64,000 nucleotides of DNA from a plasmid, in sequence record NZ_CP017041.1. One strand, given 5' to 3'. Shown here piece after piece: positions 39,455 to 48,201 of the stretch. Made by a program: the position numbers and the translations under genes. Position 1 is the first letter of the stretch, and the number at the start of each line of letters is the position of its first letter. The notes under the pieces are model-generated. The model saw nothing but the letters and a program-made list of their open reading frames with translations, was not told where the DNA came from and ran no database searches.

Positions 39455-39615
39455 TGGTCGACCAGGCCGAGCCACTCATCATCGACGGGCGCATCTTGTA
39501 CGAGGCATGGGACAGGCTGCAAACAGCCCGTCCGGCCCGCTAGAAAAAATTTTTAGGGCCCGCTCCGCACATCCCGGTCTGTACCCACACCTTCAAGGGT
39601 GTGAAGGGAATAAAA
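39455..39615. repeat. Direct repeat B (partner of 37180..37335). Includes the 3' end of a 57-aa ORF (39373..39543) ending ...IDGRILYEAWDRLQTARPAR
   Basis: See repeat A. The small ORF mimics the C-terminal ~35 aa of the J-domain protein. Confidence 0.55.
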
Positions 39616-39640
39616 ACACACCTAACAACAACTTTGTTTC

Positions 39641-40039
39641 ATGATTTGGCGCGTCGGACCCTTTCTGACCGATGTCGTGCGCAACAATGGACCCATGAGT
39701 TCGCCTACCAAGATGCGCCGGAAGGGAACACGCGGCCCGAAACCTCGCAGCGACGAGGAGCTAACGGCTGTGATGTGCCGCATCCCAGAGTCAGTGGCCG
39801 AACGTGTCAGCGATATGGCTTGGGAGCTGAGGCTCTCCCGATCCGATCTTGTGGGCTGGTCGGCCCTCTATGCACTCAACTCGATGCTCAGACAGCGCGG
39901 AGAGGACACGATTCCGGTTCCGGAGTATCTGGACAAGGCCGTGCTCACTGCGTTGTATCCCGATGGGTTGCCCTTCGACGAGGACAACGAGGAGCCGGGC
40001 GAGAATGCCGGGCAGGAGGAGCTTGCGATGACTGGATGA
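39641..40039 (+). CDS. Hypothetical small basic/acidic protein (possible DNA-binding)
   Basis: ORF with a Lys/Arg-rich N-terminus (KMRRKGTRGPKPRSDEE). No family recognised. Confidence 0.25.
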   Translation: MIWRVGPFLTDVVRNNGPMSSPTKMRRKGTRGPKPRSDEELTAVMCRIPESVAERVSDMAWELRLSRSDLVGWSALYALNSMLRQRGEDTIPVPEYLDKAVLTALYPDGLPFDEDNEEPGENAGQEELAMTG

Positions 40040-40352
40040 GCCCGAACATGGTTGAAGGCCGCCCCGCCAGGCGACCTTCAATCAATGGTTTCGGTTGTCA
40101 GCTGCAGCCACCCTTGCCAGGTGCTGTGGTTCTTCTCCAGAGGAGGAGGGACCGCCATGAAGACCAAGAAGACCTAGAAGATCCAAAAGAACCGGTTTCA
40201 GCTTTTGCTTCGGTCTTCATGGTAGCTGATAGCCCGCGTCGTTGGAAGTGCGACGACGCCGATCCTCATCGGTATCGCACCCTGAAACAGGGTGTTGAAC
40301 ATGAAGGGTTGACCGCTATGTCAAGCCATGAGACGCCCTCCCGGAGGGCGTC

Positions 40353-41903
40353 ATGACCGCTTTAATTCAAGCTCTGCCGACAGCTGAACTGTCTGCTGGA
40401 CCTGGTGCTAGCAGTCCAGCTAGACCCTCTGCTGAGGGCTTCATCAAGATTCATCACGACCTCATTAGTGCGGGCGTGTCGGGTAACGCGATGGCGTTGT
40501 TCGTCGCGTTACGTAACCAGCCCGGCTGTGATCAGTGGACCCGTCACTCGTACCTGCGGCTAGCCCAATGGTGCGGCTGGGATGGGCTGTCGGAGGCGGC
40601 GGGCTGTAAGCGGGTGCAGCGGGCCGCTGCTGAGCTCGCTAGCGGTGGTTGGCTGGAATCGCGGGTCGGCCATGATCGTCGCACCGCTAAGACGCTGGTG
40701 TGGCATCGGTTGACCAGCCCCGACACCGACCGCTGGGAGCAATTGCCGCGGATTGTGTGGGCGAGGATCTGCCAGATCGCCGGGGAGACGTCGGGAGAGT
40801 GGGTGAGGCATTGGCTGGTGTGGCGGATGCTGGCCGGTCGTACTGGTGTGGCTCAGGCCCCTACGTCCATCGTGGCCCGGTTCCTGGGCTGTTCTTCGCG
40901 CCAGGTCTCTCATATCCGTGGGGCTCTCGTTGATGCCGGTCTGCTCGGCTGTGACGAGGTGTCGGGGGCGGCGAGCCGGGTGTGGTTCCCCTCGATGGCC
41001 GAGGAGTGTGCAGCGGATCGTGAGGTGGTCGATGGGGCCGTCGTCGGTGCTGGGGTGGGCTCTGGTGAAGGTGTCGAGGAGGGCGGGGAACCCCTGTCGA
41101 TTTTGTCCACCCACCCCTGTCGATTTTGTCCACCCACCCCTGTCGATTTTGTCCGCCAAGTATTAGACAAACCATTAGACAGTGAATTAGACCTTGGGTC
41201 GCGTCAGCGTGTTAGCTCACCAACGCGCGCGCGCGCGGCGGCCGAGCCGCCGAAGCCAAAGAAACCCATACCACCAACGCCTGAACCAGCAGCCCCCGCT
41301 TCAGACAGTCCTGTGTCAGCGCACGCTGATGAGGCTGCCGAGTTGGCGTGGCGGTTCGTGGGGTGGTGTCCTCAGCTGGTAGGGGCACCGAAGAAGGTGC
41401 GTGGCCAGCTCCGTCAGATGGTTGCCAAGCAGATCCGTCTCCATCGTGCCTGGCTGGATGTGCCGGCGTTGACTGTTGCCGCTGAGCGAGTCCGGGAAAT
41501 CGGGGCGCTGGGTGATCGGCACTGCGAGATCGTTCGAGACGAGCTGCATGGCGTGATTGCCGACCGCAAGGCAGCCCCCCCAGCCCCCTCACCCTCACCA
41601 GACGAAGGAGACACGACTGTGTGGATTTACAAAGACCCTCATGAGACTCTTGACGAGTTTGCGGCCAGGACTGAGCCCTCTCGTGTGTGGGAGGTCTCCG
41701 AGCGCGATGACATGGCTGGCGGGATCGCCGTGAACTTGCTGGCGGCTAAGCCGGATGATCCGATGGGCTGGCTGACTCGCCGGCAAACCATGCTGATGGT
41801 CCGGTTCCCCCAAGCCGTCGACGAGGTCGTAGAGATGTGTCACATCGTGCGTACCGCCTTGGAGGCCGACATGGCCGCCGGAACCCGGTGGGAGGACCGA
41901 TGA
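40353..41903 (+). CDS. Replication-initiator-like protein (N-terminal winged-helix region), ORF reads through an iteron array
   Basis: N-terminal half resembles wHTH Rep proteins. 3 x 24-bp iterons lie inside the ORF at 41090-41161. May be two genes or a Rep with an internal origin. Confidence 0.35.
   Translation: MTALIQALPTAELSAGPGASSPARPSAEGFIKIHHDLISAGVSGNAMALFVALRNQPGCDQWTRHSYLRLAQWCGWDGLSEAAGCKRVQRAAAELASGGWLESRVGHDRRTAKTLVWHRLTSPDTDRWEQLPRIVWARICQIAGETSGEWVRHWLVWRMLAGRTGVAQAPTSIVARFLGCSSRQVSHIRGALVDAGLLGCDEVSGAASRVWFPSMAEECAADREVVDGAVVGAGVGSGEGVEEGGEPLSILSTHPCRFCPPTPVDFVRQVLDKPLDSELDLGSRQRVSSPTRARAAAEPPKPKKPIPPTPEPAAPASDSPVSAHADEAAELAWRFVGWCPQLVGAPKKVRGQLRQMVAKQIRLHRAWLDVPALTVAAERVREIGALGDRHCEIVRDELHGVIADRKAAPPAPSPSPDEGDTTVWIYKDPHETLDEFAARTEPSRVWEVSERDDMAGGIAVNLLAAKPDDPMGWLTRRQTMLMVRFPQAVDEVVEMCHIVRTALEADMAAGTRWEDR
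41090..41161. repeat. Iterons: 3 tandem copies of cccctgtcgattttgtccaccca (third variant ...tccgccaag), followed by ttagaca/ttagacc short repeats to about 41195
   Basis: Exact 24-bp period visible in the sequence. Confidence 0.75.
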
Positions 41904-42661
41904 GGTCACTGCGGCGAAACATCATGGTTGTGGCTGGTGTGCTCGGCGTCGCGGTAGCGGCGGGCCCGACCTTAGCCAGGTCGTTGCCGTTTGCCGACAG
42001 GTCTCAGCCGCCGACGACCAGAAATGCCACCCAGGCGGCCGCAACCGGTGCAACGGCTGCGGCGGGCGCGCTCAACCGTCTGCCAGTCAAAGGCAAAGCA
42101 GCGATGACCGGATACACCCGGACCCAATTCGGGCAGGCGTGGACCGATGACACCGACCGGGAGTTGACCCGCCCCTGGGGCCACAACGGATGCGACACCC
42201 GCAACGATGCCCTTGCCCGCGACCTGGTCGAGGCCCACCTGAAACCCGGATCACGATGCGTGGTCGTCTCCGGGCGACTCCACGACCCCTACACCGGGTC
42301 CACACTCGCCTGGCGGCGCGGCCGGCACACCTCGACAACAGTCCAAATCGACCACGTCGTAGCCCTCGGGAACGCGTGGATTACCGGCGCGCAAAAACTC
42401 TCACCGCTGCAACGCACCGCCCTGGCCAACGACCCGTTGAACTTGCTGGCTGTCGACGGACCCGCTAATGAGGCCAAACGAGACAGGGATGCAGCGACCT
42501 GGCTACCCCCTAACAAGGCCTACAGATGCGACTATGTGGCCCGCCAAATCGCCGTCAAAATGAAGTACCAGCTGTGGGTCACCGCCGCAGAGAAGACCGC
42601 TATGGCGCGGGTATTGCACCGCTGCCCGACCCAGACACTCCCTGTAGGAGCCACACGATGA
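41898..42661 (+). CDS. Secreted His-Me finger/HNH-like nuclease (DUF1524-like)
   Basis: Signal/TM MRSLRRNIMVVAGVLGVAVAAG. Motif IDHVVALGNAW...N...NLLAVDGPANEAKRD. Confidence 0.45.
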
Positions 42662-42822
42662 CCACCCATTGGATCCCCGAACAACTCCTAGAACCCGGAG
42701 TCGGAGTCATCCTCGACACCGAAACCACCGACCTGGACGGGCGCATCATCGAAATATCGATCATTGACGCAGCCACCGGGACGGTCCTGATGGACCAACT
42801 CATCAACCGTTGCACGAGATAA
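42658..42822 (+). pseudogene. N-terminal fragment (54 aa) of a DEDDh 3'-5' exonuclease (DnaQ-like), truncated
   Basis: Exo I motif ILDTETTDLDGRIIEISII. Terminates ...INRCTR* inside a sequence nearly identical to the IS607 tnpB 3' end/right end. Confidence 0.5.
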
Positions 42823-42854
42823 CCTGACTACTCAAGTTAGTTCTCGTGCAACGG
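42807..42854 (+). mobile_element. Solo IS607-like right-end hairpin element (about 85% identical to 13752..13796)
   Basis: ccgttgcacgagataacctgactactcaagttagttctcgtgcaacgg vs ggcacgagataacctgaccatcagagtcagttctcatgcaacgg. Perfect 12-bp inverted-repeat arms. Confidence 0.5.
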
Positions 42855-42937
42855 TTGTTTAGAGGAAGGGGGCCGGGCGGTGAGCCCGGGCCCCTGGTGT
42901 GTGCTGAGTCGGCCAACGGGCCCAGCACACAGGTCTG

Positions 42938-43414
42938 TTATGAGGCGCTGGCCTGTTTCGGGCGGCCTGCCTTAGGCTGGCGTGTCCGCGCCCACTGCTC
43001 GGCGGCGGCTTTGGGAAACAGCGGGCCGGCCGCGGTCTTGATGACAGGTGCGGGGAACCCGGCGGTGGCGGCAAGCTGACGGATACGCTGACGTGAGAGG
43101 CCCGCAAGGTGAGCGATCTCGGTGTATCCGACTACTGGGGGAAACAGTGGCCGGTCAAGGTCTGCGAAGAACTCTCCTTCGGGGCGGGCCTCGAGTCCTG
43201 TCACGGTGACATCGCCGCACGCCTCGACGATAGCTGTGCGGGCTGTCTCGGCAGCATGGAGCAGGGAGTCAGCTTCGACGAACACCGAAATTGATCCGGT
43301 GTGCCCGTCCTGGCTCAGTGAGGCGACCGGGGACAGATGATCGAGTGCTTCCAGGGCATCGAGCATCATGTCTTCGCTGACTGCGCGAAGGGACAGGCGA
43401 ACGTGCCACATCAT
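42938..43414 (-). CDS. HicB-like antitoxin with C-terminal HTH (putative)
   Basis: Downstream partner of a HicA-like gene. C-terminal TEIAHLAGLSRQRIRQL HTH. Confidence 0.4.
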   Translation of the reverse strand: MMWHVRLSLRAVSEDMMLDALEALDHLSPVASLSQDGHTGSISVFVEADSLLHAAETARTAIVEACGDVTVTGLEARPEGEFFADLDRPLFPPVVGYTEIAHLAGLSRQRIRQLAATAGFPAPVIKTAAGPLFPKAAAEQWARTRQPKAGRPKQASAS

Positions 43415-43484
43415 GCATTCTCCTTTCGTGTCGATGTATCTCATGGAGGGGATAGGGGGCTGGGGCTCCAGCCCCCCGTGACTG

Positions 43485-43694
43485 CTAGACAGTGAATCCC
43501 GAGCGCCTCAGTTCGGAAAGCATGTTGGCCCATGCTCTGCGATCCGATGGAGTCTTGTGGATCATGACCGCTGATCGTGACGTATCCGGCGGGTAGATCA
43601 TCCATCCCTTGCGCCGGGTCTCGATGCGGGCACCTTGCTCAGATTCCAGTTCCTTGAACAGTTTCTTAAGCGACTTGCGGTACTCGTTTCCCAT
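43485..43694 (-). CDS. HicA-like toxin (putative)
   Basis: 69 aa, RRKGWMIYPPDTSRSAVMIHKTP...LSELRRSGF pattern similar to the HicA fold. Confidence 0.4.
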   Translation of the reverse strand: MGNEYRKSLKKLFKELESEQGARIETRRKGWMIYPPDTSRSAVMIHKTPSDRRAWANMLSELRRSGFTV

Positions 43695-43817
43695 GTCTCA
43701 CCTCCCCTGTTGAGTTGTGAGACCAGCATAACACTAAACACTTCCCAATGACAAGGGTTTAGTGTTTGTGGGGTGACTTAGCCGATAGTGCGCTACCTCT
43801 CCCCCGCTTATCGGCGC

Positions 43818-44141
43818 TTAGACGGTGAGGGCTTGGGTTACGAGGTCGAGGGGAAGCTGGTAGAGGCGGGCCAGGGTGTCGATGCTGAGGTGGGGGTCCA
43901 GGGTGGAGGCGGCGATGATGGCCCCGTGGAGCATCCATAGGGCGCTTTCGTCGGTGGGGTTGTCGAGCCAGCGTTGGCGGATGTCGGCGAAGGGGTAATG
44001 GTTTAACAGGAGCAGGCAGGCTCCCATGGAGTAGTCCTCAACTTCGTCGTCGCTGAGGCGGTCGATGTGGTTGATGTCAGCGAGGACGGTGCCGAAGATA
44101 TCGCTGTCAGATTCGGTGATGTCATCCATATTGGGGTGCAT
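43818..44141 (-). CDS. Hypothetical acidic protein
   Basis: ORF only. Confidence 0.2.
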   Translation of the reverse strand: MHPNMDDITESDSDIFGTVLADINHIDRLSDDEVEDYSMGACLLLLNHYPFADIRQRWLDNPTDESALWMLHGAIIAASTLDPHLSIDTLARLYQLPLDLVTQALTV

Positions 44142-44364
44142 AGGGGCTCCTGAGATGTCGTCGCTAGGGAAAGGTTAGAGGAGGTTGGGGTAGCTGGCGG
44201 GGTCGACACTCGATGCAAAGATGCATAAGTGTCCGCTATGGTGGGGGTGCAGTGGGCTCCTGTGGTGGCTGGGGGATCGTTGTATGTGGGCTGGGGTTTC
44301 CCCTCGCAACACGCCGATACACATATATACAGATACATAGATGCACATGTGTAATGATGTATTT

Positions 44365-44429
44365 ATGCGTAGTATTTCTATTGTCAACACCAAGGGTGGG
44401 GTTGGGAAGACGACCACGGCGGTCTACCT
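44365..44429 (+). pseudogene. parA: 5' fragment of a parA gene (MRSISIVNTKGGVGKTTTAVYL) interrupted by IS copy 1
   Basis: Walker A KGGVGKTT. Continuation (ATALAAQYRVVLLDADPQGS...) found after IS copy 2 at 63285. Confidence 0.65.
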
Positions 44430-44477
44430 AGGGTGTGTCTCCTATATGTGAGGTGAGGGTCGCGAGATACTGGCGGG

Positions 44478-44894
44478 GTGAATGAGAAGTCTCGGTTTGA
44501 GGCGATGACGGATGAGCAGTGGGAGCGTGTGGAGCCCCTGTTGCCAACGAACTGTGGGCGTCGGGGTCGCCCGTTCTCGAATAGTCGGATGATCGTCAAC
44601 GGGATCATCTACCGCTACAGGACGGGGATTCCTTGGAGAGACCTGCCTCGTGAGAGGTATGGGCCGTGGCAGACGGTGTGGAAGCGTCACCGCTCCTACG
44701 CGAGGCGGGGCGTGTGGGATTGTGTCCTTTTTCAGGTGGTGGCCCAAGCGGATTCGGCTGGGAAAGTGGATTGGACGGTCAGCATTGACGCCACGATCAA
44801 CCGTGCCCACCAACACGCCACGAACACGACGCGCCCCGACCAGGACACGGGGGGCTTCATCGAACTACAAGAATTCTCCGCTGGGCGAGGATGA
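44478..44894 (+). CDS. IS5-family transposase OrfA
   Basis: N-terminal HTH-type region typical of IS427-group orfA. Identical copy at 62362. Confidence 0.75.
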   Translation: MNEKSRFEAMTDEQWERVEPLLPTNCGRRGRPFSNSRMIVNGIIYRYRTGIPWRDLPRERYGPWQTVWKRHRSYARRGVWDCVLFQVVAQADSAGKVDWTVSIDATINRAHQHATNTTRPDQDTGGFIELQEFSAGRG

Positions 44895-45388
44895 GCCTGC
44901 AGGTCACGGCATTGGACGCTCGCGCGGGGGGGTTGACCACGAAGATCCACCAGGTCGTGGACGGCAACGGGCGTCCCTTGGCCATGGTCGTCACTGGAGG
45001 CCAGCGCAACGACGGCGCGATGATGCAGGACACCTTGAAGGACATCTACGTCCCCAGGCCCACCGGCAGGCCCCGCACCACACCCGACACGGTCATGGCG
45101 GACCGGGGCTACACGTCGGGCGTGAACCGTGAATACCTTCGAGATCACCACGTCAAGGCAGTGATCCCCCAGAAGAAGAACGAGATCGCCTCCCGGAAGA
45201 AGAAGGGCTCCAAGGGAGGCCATCCACCCGCCTTTGACGCAGAGGCATACAAGGGACGAAACGTCGTGGAACGCTCCTTCAACAGCGTCAAACAGTGGCG
45301 TGGTCTGGCCACCAGGTACGACAAGCTTGCCGTCACCTACAGGTCAGCCACAGTCCTACACGCCATCCTCCAATGGCTCCAAATATAG
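44891..45388 (+). CDS. IS5-family transposase OrfB (DDE domain)
   Basis: DDE-containing C-terminal part (MADRGY...SFNSVKQWRGLATRYDK). Identical copy at 62775. Confidence 0.75.
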   Translation: MSLQVTALDARAGGLTTKIHQVVDGNGRPLAMVVTGGQRNDGAMMQDTLKDIYVPRPTGRPRTTPDTVMADRGYTSGVNREYLRDHHVKAVIPQKKNEIASRKKKGSKGGHPPAFDAEAYKGRNVVERSFNSVKQWRGLATRYDKLAVTYRSATVLHAILQWLQI

Positions 45389-45469
45389 GAGACACGCCCT
45401 AGACCCATTGACCCCTATCAACCCTGTTAGTACTGTCAGAGTCAATAGTATCAACCCAAGGAGGAACCC

Positions 45470-45640
45470 ATGAGCTACATCACCCGCACCGGAAACCTGG
45501 CCGGCGCCCCCGAGCTGCGCGAGGGAGAGCGTGGCCCGTACACCTACGCCCGCGTCATCGTGTCCGACCGCATCCGCCAGGAGGACGGCAGCTACACCGA
45601 CGGACCGGCGGCAGCCGATTCGTCGGCACCGCGCCCCTGA
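45470..45640 (+). pseudogene. ssb: Truncated ssb-like gene (56 aa N-terminal fragment)
   Basis: RBS AAGGAGG. MSYITRTGNLAGAPELRE...YTYARV resembles the SSB N-terminus (GNL..DPELR). Flanked by palindromic GTCAATAGTA / TACTATTGAC motifs. Confidence 0.4.
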
Positions 45641-45671
45641 CAGTACTATTGACACTATTGGAGGTATCACC

Positions 45672-46470
45672 GTGACCGCTCAAATCTTCGCCCTCTGCAA
45701 CCAGAAGGGCGGCGTCGGCAAGTCGACGACGACATTTCACCTGGCCCGCGCCGCGGTGCTGCGCGGCCAGCGCGTGCTTGTGGTCGACAACGATCCCCAG
45801 GGGAACCTGACGTCCGTCGCGGCCGCCGAGCCCGTCGGGGAAGACCAGGCAGGACTGGCCGACGCGCTCAGTGCGCGCGCGCCCGAGACCATCCGCGACG
45901 TGATCGTGCCGGGAGTCTGGCCCGGCCTCGACGTCGTGCCGACGTCGGGAGTCACGCTCGGCTACGTGCGCGACGAGACTCGTGATCGCCGGGGCCGGCC
46001 GAGAGGGCCGGCTGCGCGAGGTCCTGGCCGCCGTCGCTGGCGACTACGACGTGATCCTGATCGACTGCGCACCGAGCCTGGACCAGCTCACGATCAACGG
46101 CCTAACGGCCGCGCAGGGCGTCGTCGTTGTGACCCACTCGAAGCTGTGGAGCGCGAATGGCTTGGCGCAGCTGCTCGACACGATCGAGAGCGTGCGCGCC
46201 TACTACAACCCCGAGCTGTGCGTGGCGGGCATCATCGTCAACCAGCACGAGGAGAACACCGTCAGCGGAAAGACCTGGCTCGGCGAGCTGGCCCAGGCCG
46301 CCGAGTCCCGAGGGCTGAGCGTGCTCAGCCCTCCGATCCCGAAGCGCGTCGTCATCGCAGACGCCACCGAGGCCGCGCGCGGCCTCGACGAGTGGGGGAG
46401 TGCCGAGGCGACCGCACTCGGCCAGCTTTACGCCGACCACCTGACCAGTATCGAAGGAGTCCTGTCATGA
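45672..46470 (+). pseudogene. parA: parA with apparent frameshift near 45965-45985
   Basis: N-terminal part in one frame (GTG start, CNQKGGVGKSTT). C-terminal part (GDYDVILIDCAPSLDQLTINGL...) in another frame (ORF 45982..46470). Confidence 0.6.
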
Positions 46471-46844
46471 ACCGCCCATCCCCCCGCAAGTCCTCACTGA
46501 GCGGATCGAGCCCGGTCGCCCCGCCGCCGGCAGAGACGCCCGAGACGAAGCCGACACCGGCCGCGCCCGTCACGCGCAAGGCCGAGGAACCGTCGACGAG
46601 CGGCAAGAAGAAGTGGCGGCACAAGGTGTCGTTCTACCAGGACCCGGCCGACACCGACCGGGTGCGAGGAGCGATCCTGCACACGATGGTGCAAGAGGGC
46701 AACCGGAACCTGAGCCAGTTCGTCAACGACGCCGTGATGGCCAAGGTCGAGGAGCTGGAAGCCAAGTACAACCACGGCGAGCCCTTCCCCGCCGTGGGAG
46801 CCCGAGAGCTGCCCCAGGGCGGCGCGGCCGCCGCTGGCGAGTAA
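46467..46844 (+). CDS. ParG-like RHH partition protein
   Basis: Overlaps the parA stop. KKWRHKVSFYQDPADTDRVRGAILHT RHH-like segment. Confidence 0.5.
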   Translation: MNRPSPRKSSLSGSSPVAPPPAETPETKPTPAAPVTRKAEEPSTSGKKKWRHKVSFYQDPADTDRVRGAILHTMVQEGNRNLSQFVNDAVMAKVEELEAKYNHGEPFPAVGARELPQGGAAAAGE

Positions 46845-46850
46845 GAACCC

Positions 46851-47300
46851 ATGAAGGCGCGCGCCATCGCCACAGTGGCCCTGCTGGGCCTGCTGGCCGG
46901 GTGCGCACCGAGCACGTCGGCCGCCTCGACGGCGACCGTCACCGTCGGTACCCGCCAGTTCCAGGTGGAGGTCGCAGACACCGCGGACGAGCAACGAACC
47001 GGACTCAGCGGACGAGCCGAGGTGCCTGAGGGCACCGGAATGCTGTTCACGTTCGCCGGCCGCCAGGAGCGGCAGGTGTGGATGGCCGGCATGCAGACCC
47101 GGATCGACGCGGCATGGATCGTCGATGACCAGGTGCTCGCCGTCGAGACCCTGGACCCGTGCACGATGACCGATCAGAGCATGTGCCCGCGCTGGACGTC
47201 GCCTGGCGACGTCGACGCACTGCTGGAAGTCCCCGCCGGCGCACTCGAAGGTGTGCCGGTCGGAGAGACCGTCACCATCCGAGAGGACACCCCATCATGA
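46851..47300 (+). CDS. DUF192-family lipoprotein
   Basis: Lipobox LLAGC. FQVEVADTADEQRTGLSGR...GMLFTF...VWMAGMQTRIDAAWIVDDQVL pattern of DUF192/COG1430. Confidence 0.5.
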   Translation: MKARAIATVALLGLLAGCAPSTSAASTATVTVGTRQFQVEVADTADEQRTGLSGRAEVPEGTGMLFTFAGRQERQVWMAGMQTRIDAAWIVDDQVLAVETLDPCTMTDQSMCPRWTSPGDVDALLEVPAGALEGVPVGETVTIREDTPS

Positions 47301-47713
47301 CCACGACGACCGCCGACGCGCTGCGCGCCTGGGCGAAAGGCATCTACCCGAGTGAGGCCGGCGTCGAGCTGCTGATCCGGTCCGGGCGAGCCGTCTACGA
47401 CGGCGCACCCTGGATCACCCGAGACGGCGACATGGCATGGATCGACGTCGACGAGCTGCTGCGCGAGACCGGAGCCTGGTCGGGAGGAGAGCGACGCCTG
47501 GTGCGCATCGCCGCGTCGCTGCTGGGCGGCCCCGCCGTCGACCTGTCCGAGGACGTGCCCGGCCTCGACCGTCAGGCGGCCGCCCTGGTGCTCGCTGCCA
47601 TCGCACACGCCAACGGCTCGCACGAGCACTCAGAGTTTCAGTTCAACGAGGACGGCACACCGCGAGGCTTCTCGCGGGTGCCCACGCTGTATCCCTGGCC
47701 AGAGACCCGATAG
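47298..47713 (+). CDS. Hypothetical protein
   Basis: Internal start MTTTTADALRAW of ORF 47159..47713. Confidence 0.3.
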
Positions 47714-47737
47714 CGCACTACCCGAGGAGATGCGGCA

Positions 47738-47971
47738 ATGGCCACGAAGTGCCCACACTCAGACGTCGACGTCAACGGCTACTGCTACGCATGCGGAGCC
47801 TACGTCGAGGGCCGCGACGCCGGCGCGGCGATCGCGGCGCTGTTCCCGGAGTTGTACGAGGCCGTGACCGAGCGGCCGGCCTGGCTGGATGCCAAGAGCG
47901 ACGGCCCGATGGCCGACGCGCTCCGACCGCTGCGCGAGGCGTCGCAGGACGAGGACGGCGAGGACCGGTAA
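47738..47971 (+). CDS. Small Cys-containing hypothetical protein
   Basis: CPHSDVDVNGYCYACG motif. Confidence 0.25.
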   Translation: MATKCPHSDVDVNGYCYACGAYVEGRDAGAAIAALFPELYEAVTERPAWLDAKSDGPMADALRPLREASQDEDGEDR

Positions 47972-48201
47972 CGATCGTTTACGGCGCCCAGGCAGCGGGA
48001 CCGTTGCAACGCCCGCGCAAACGTCGATCGGAATCGCGTTTCGGAGGACGTTTACGGCAGCTGGTAGTCAGGCGCGCAGCGCCTGACGCTGTTCAGGTAC
48101 GGCCACCAGTGATGATGGCTTCGGGGTGCCACTTGAGCATGTACTGGAACAGGGGATCGAGGATAGAAATAGTGGCTTCTCGGTCCTGTCCCTTTACCGG
48201 C

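Larger units (their letters stand above)
44430..45400 (+). mobile_element. IS5-family (IS427-group) insertion sequence, copy 1 (971 bp)
   Basis: Terminal inverted repeats AGGGTGTGTCTCCTATAT / AGGGCGTGTCTCCTATAT. orfA+orfB with overlap typical of programmed -1 frameshift. Confidence 0.8.

Noticed and set aside
45531-46844. 437-aa ORF spanning ssb fragment, parA and parG-like gene
   Set aside because: Chimeric read-through of three different genes in a non-coding frame (the middle section is an Arg/Pro/Gly-rich out-of-frame translation of parA). Resolved into the separate features listed.
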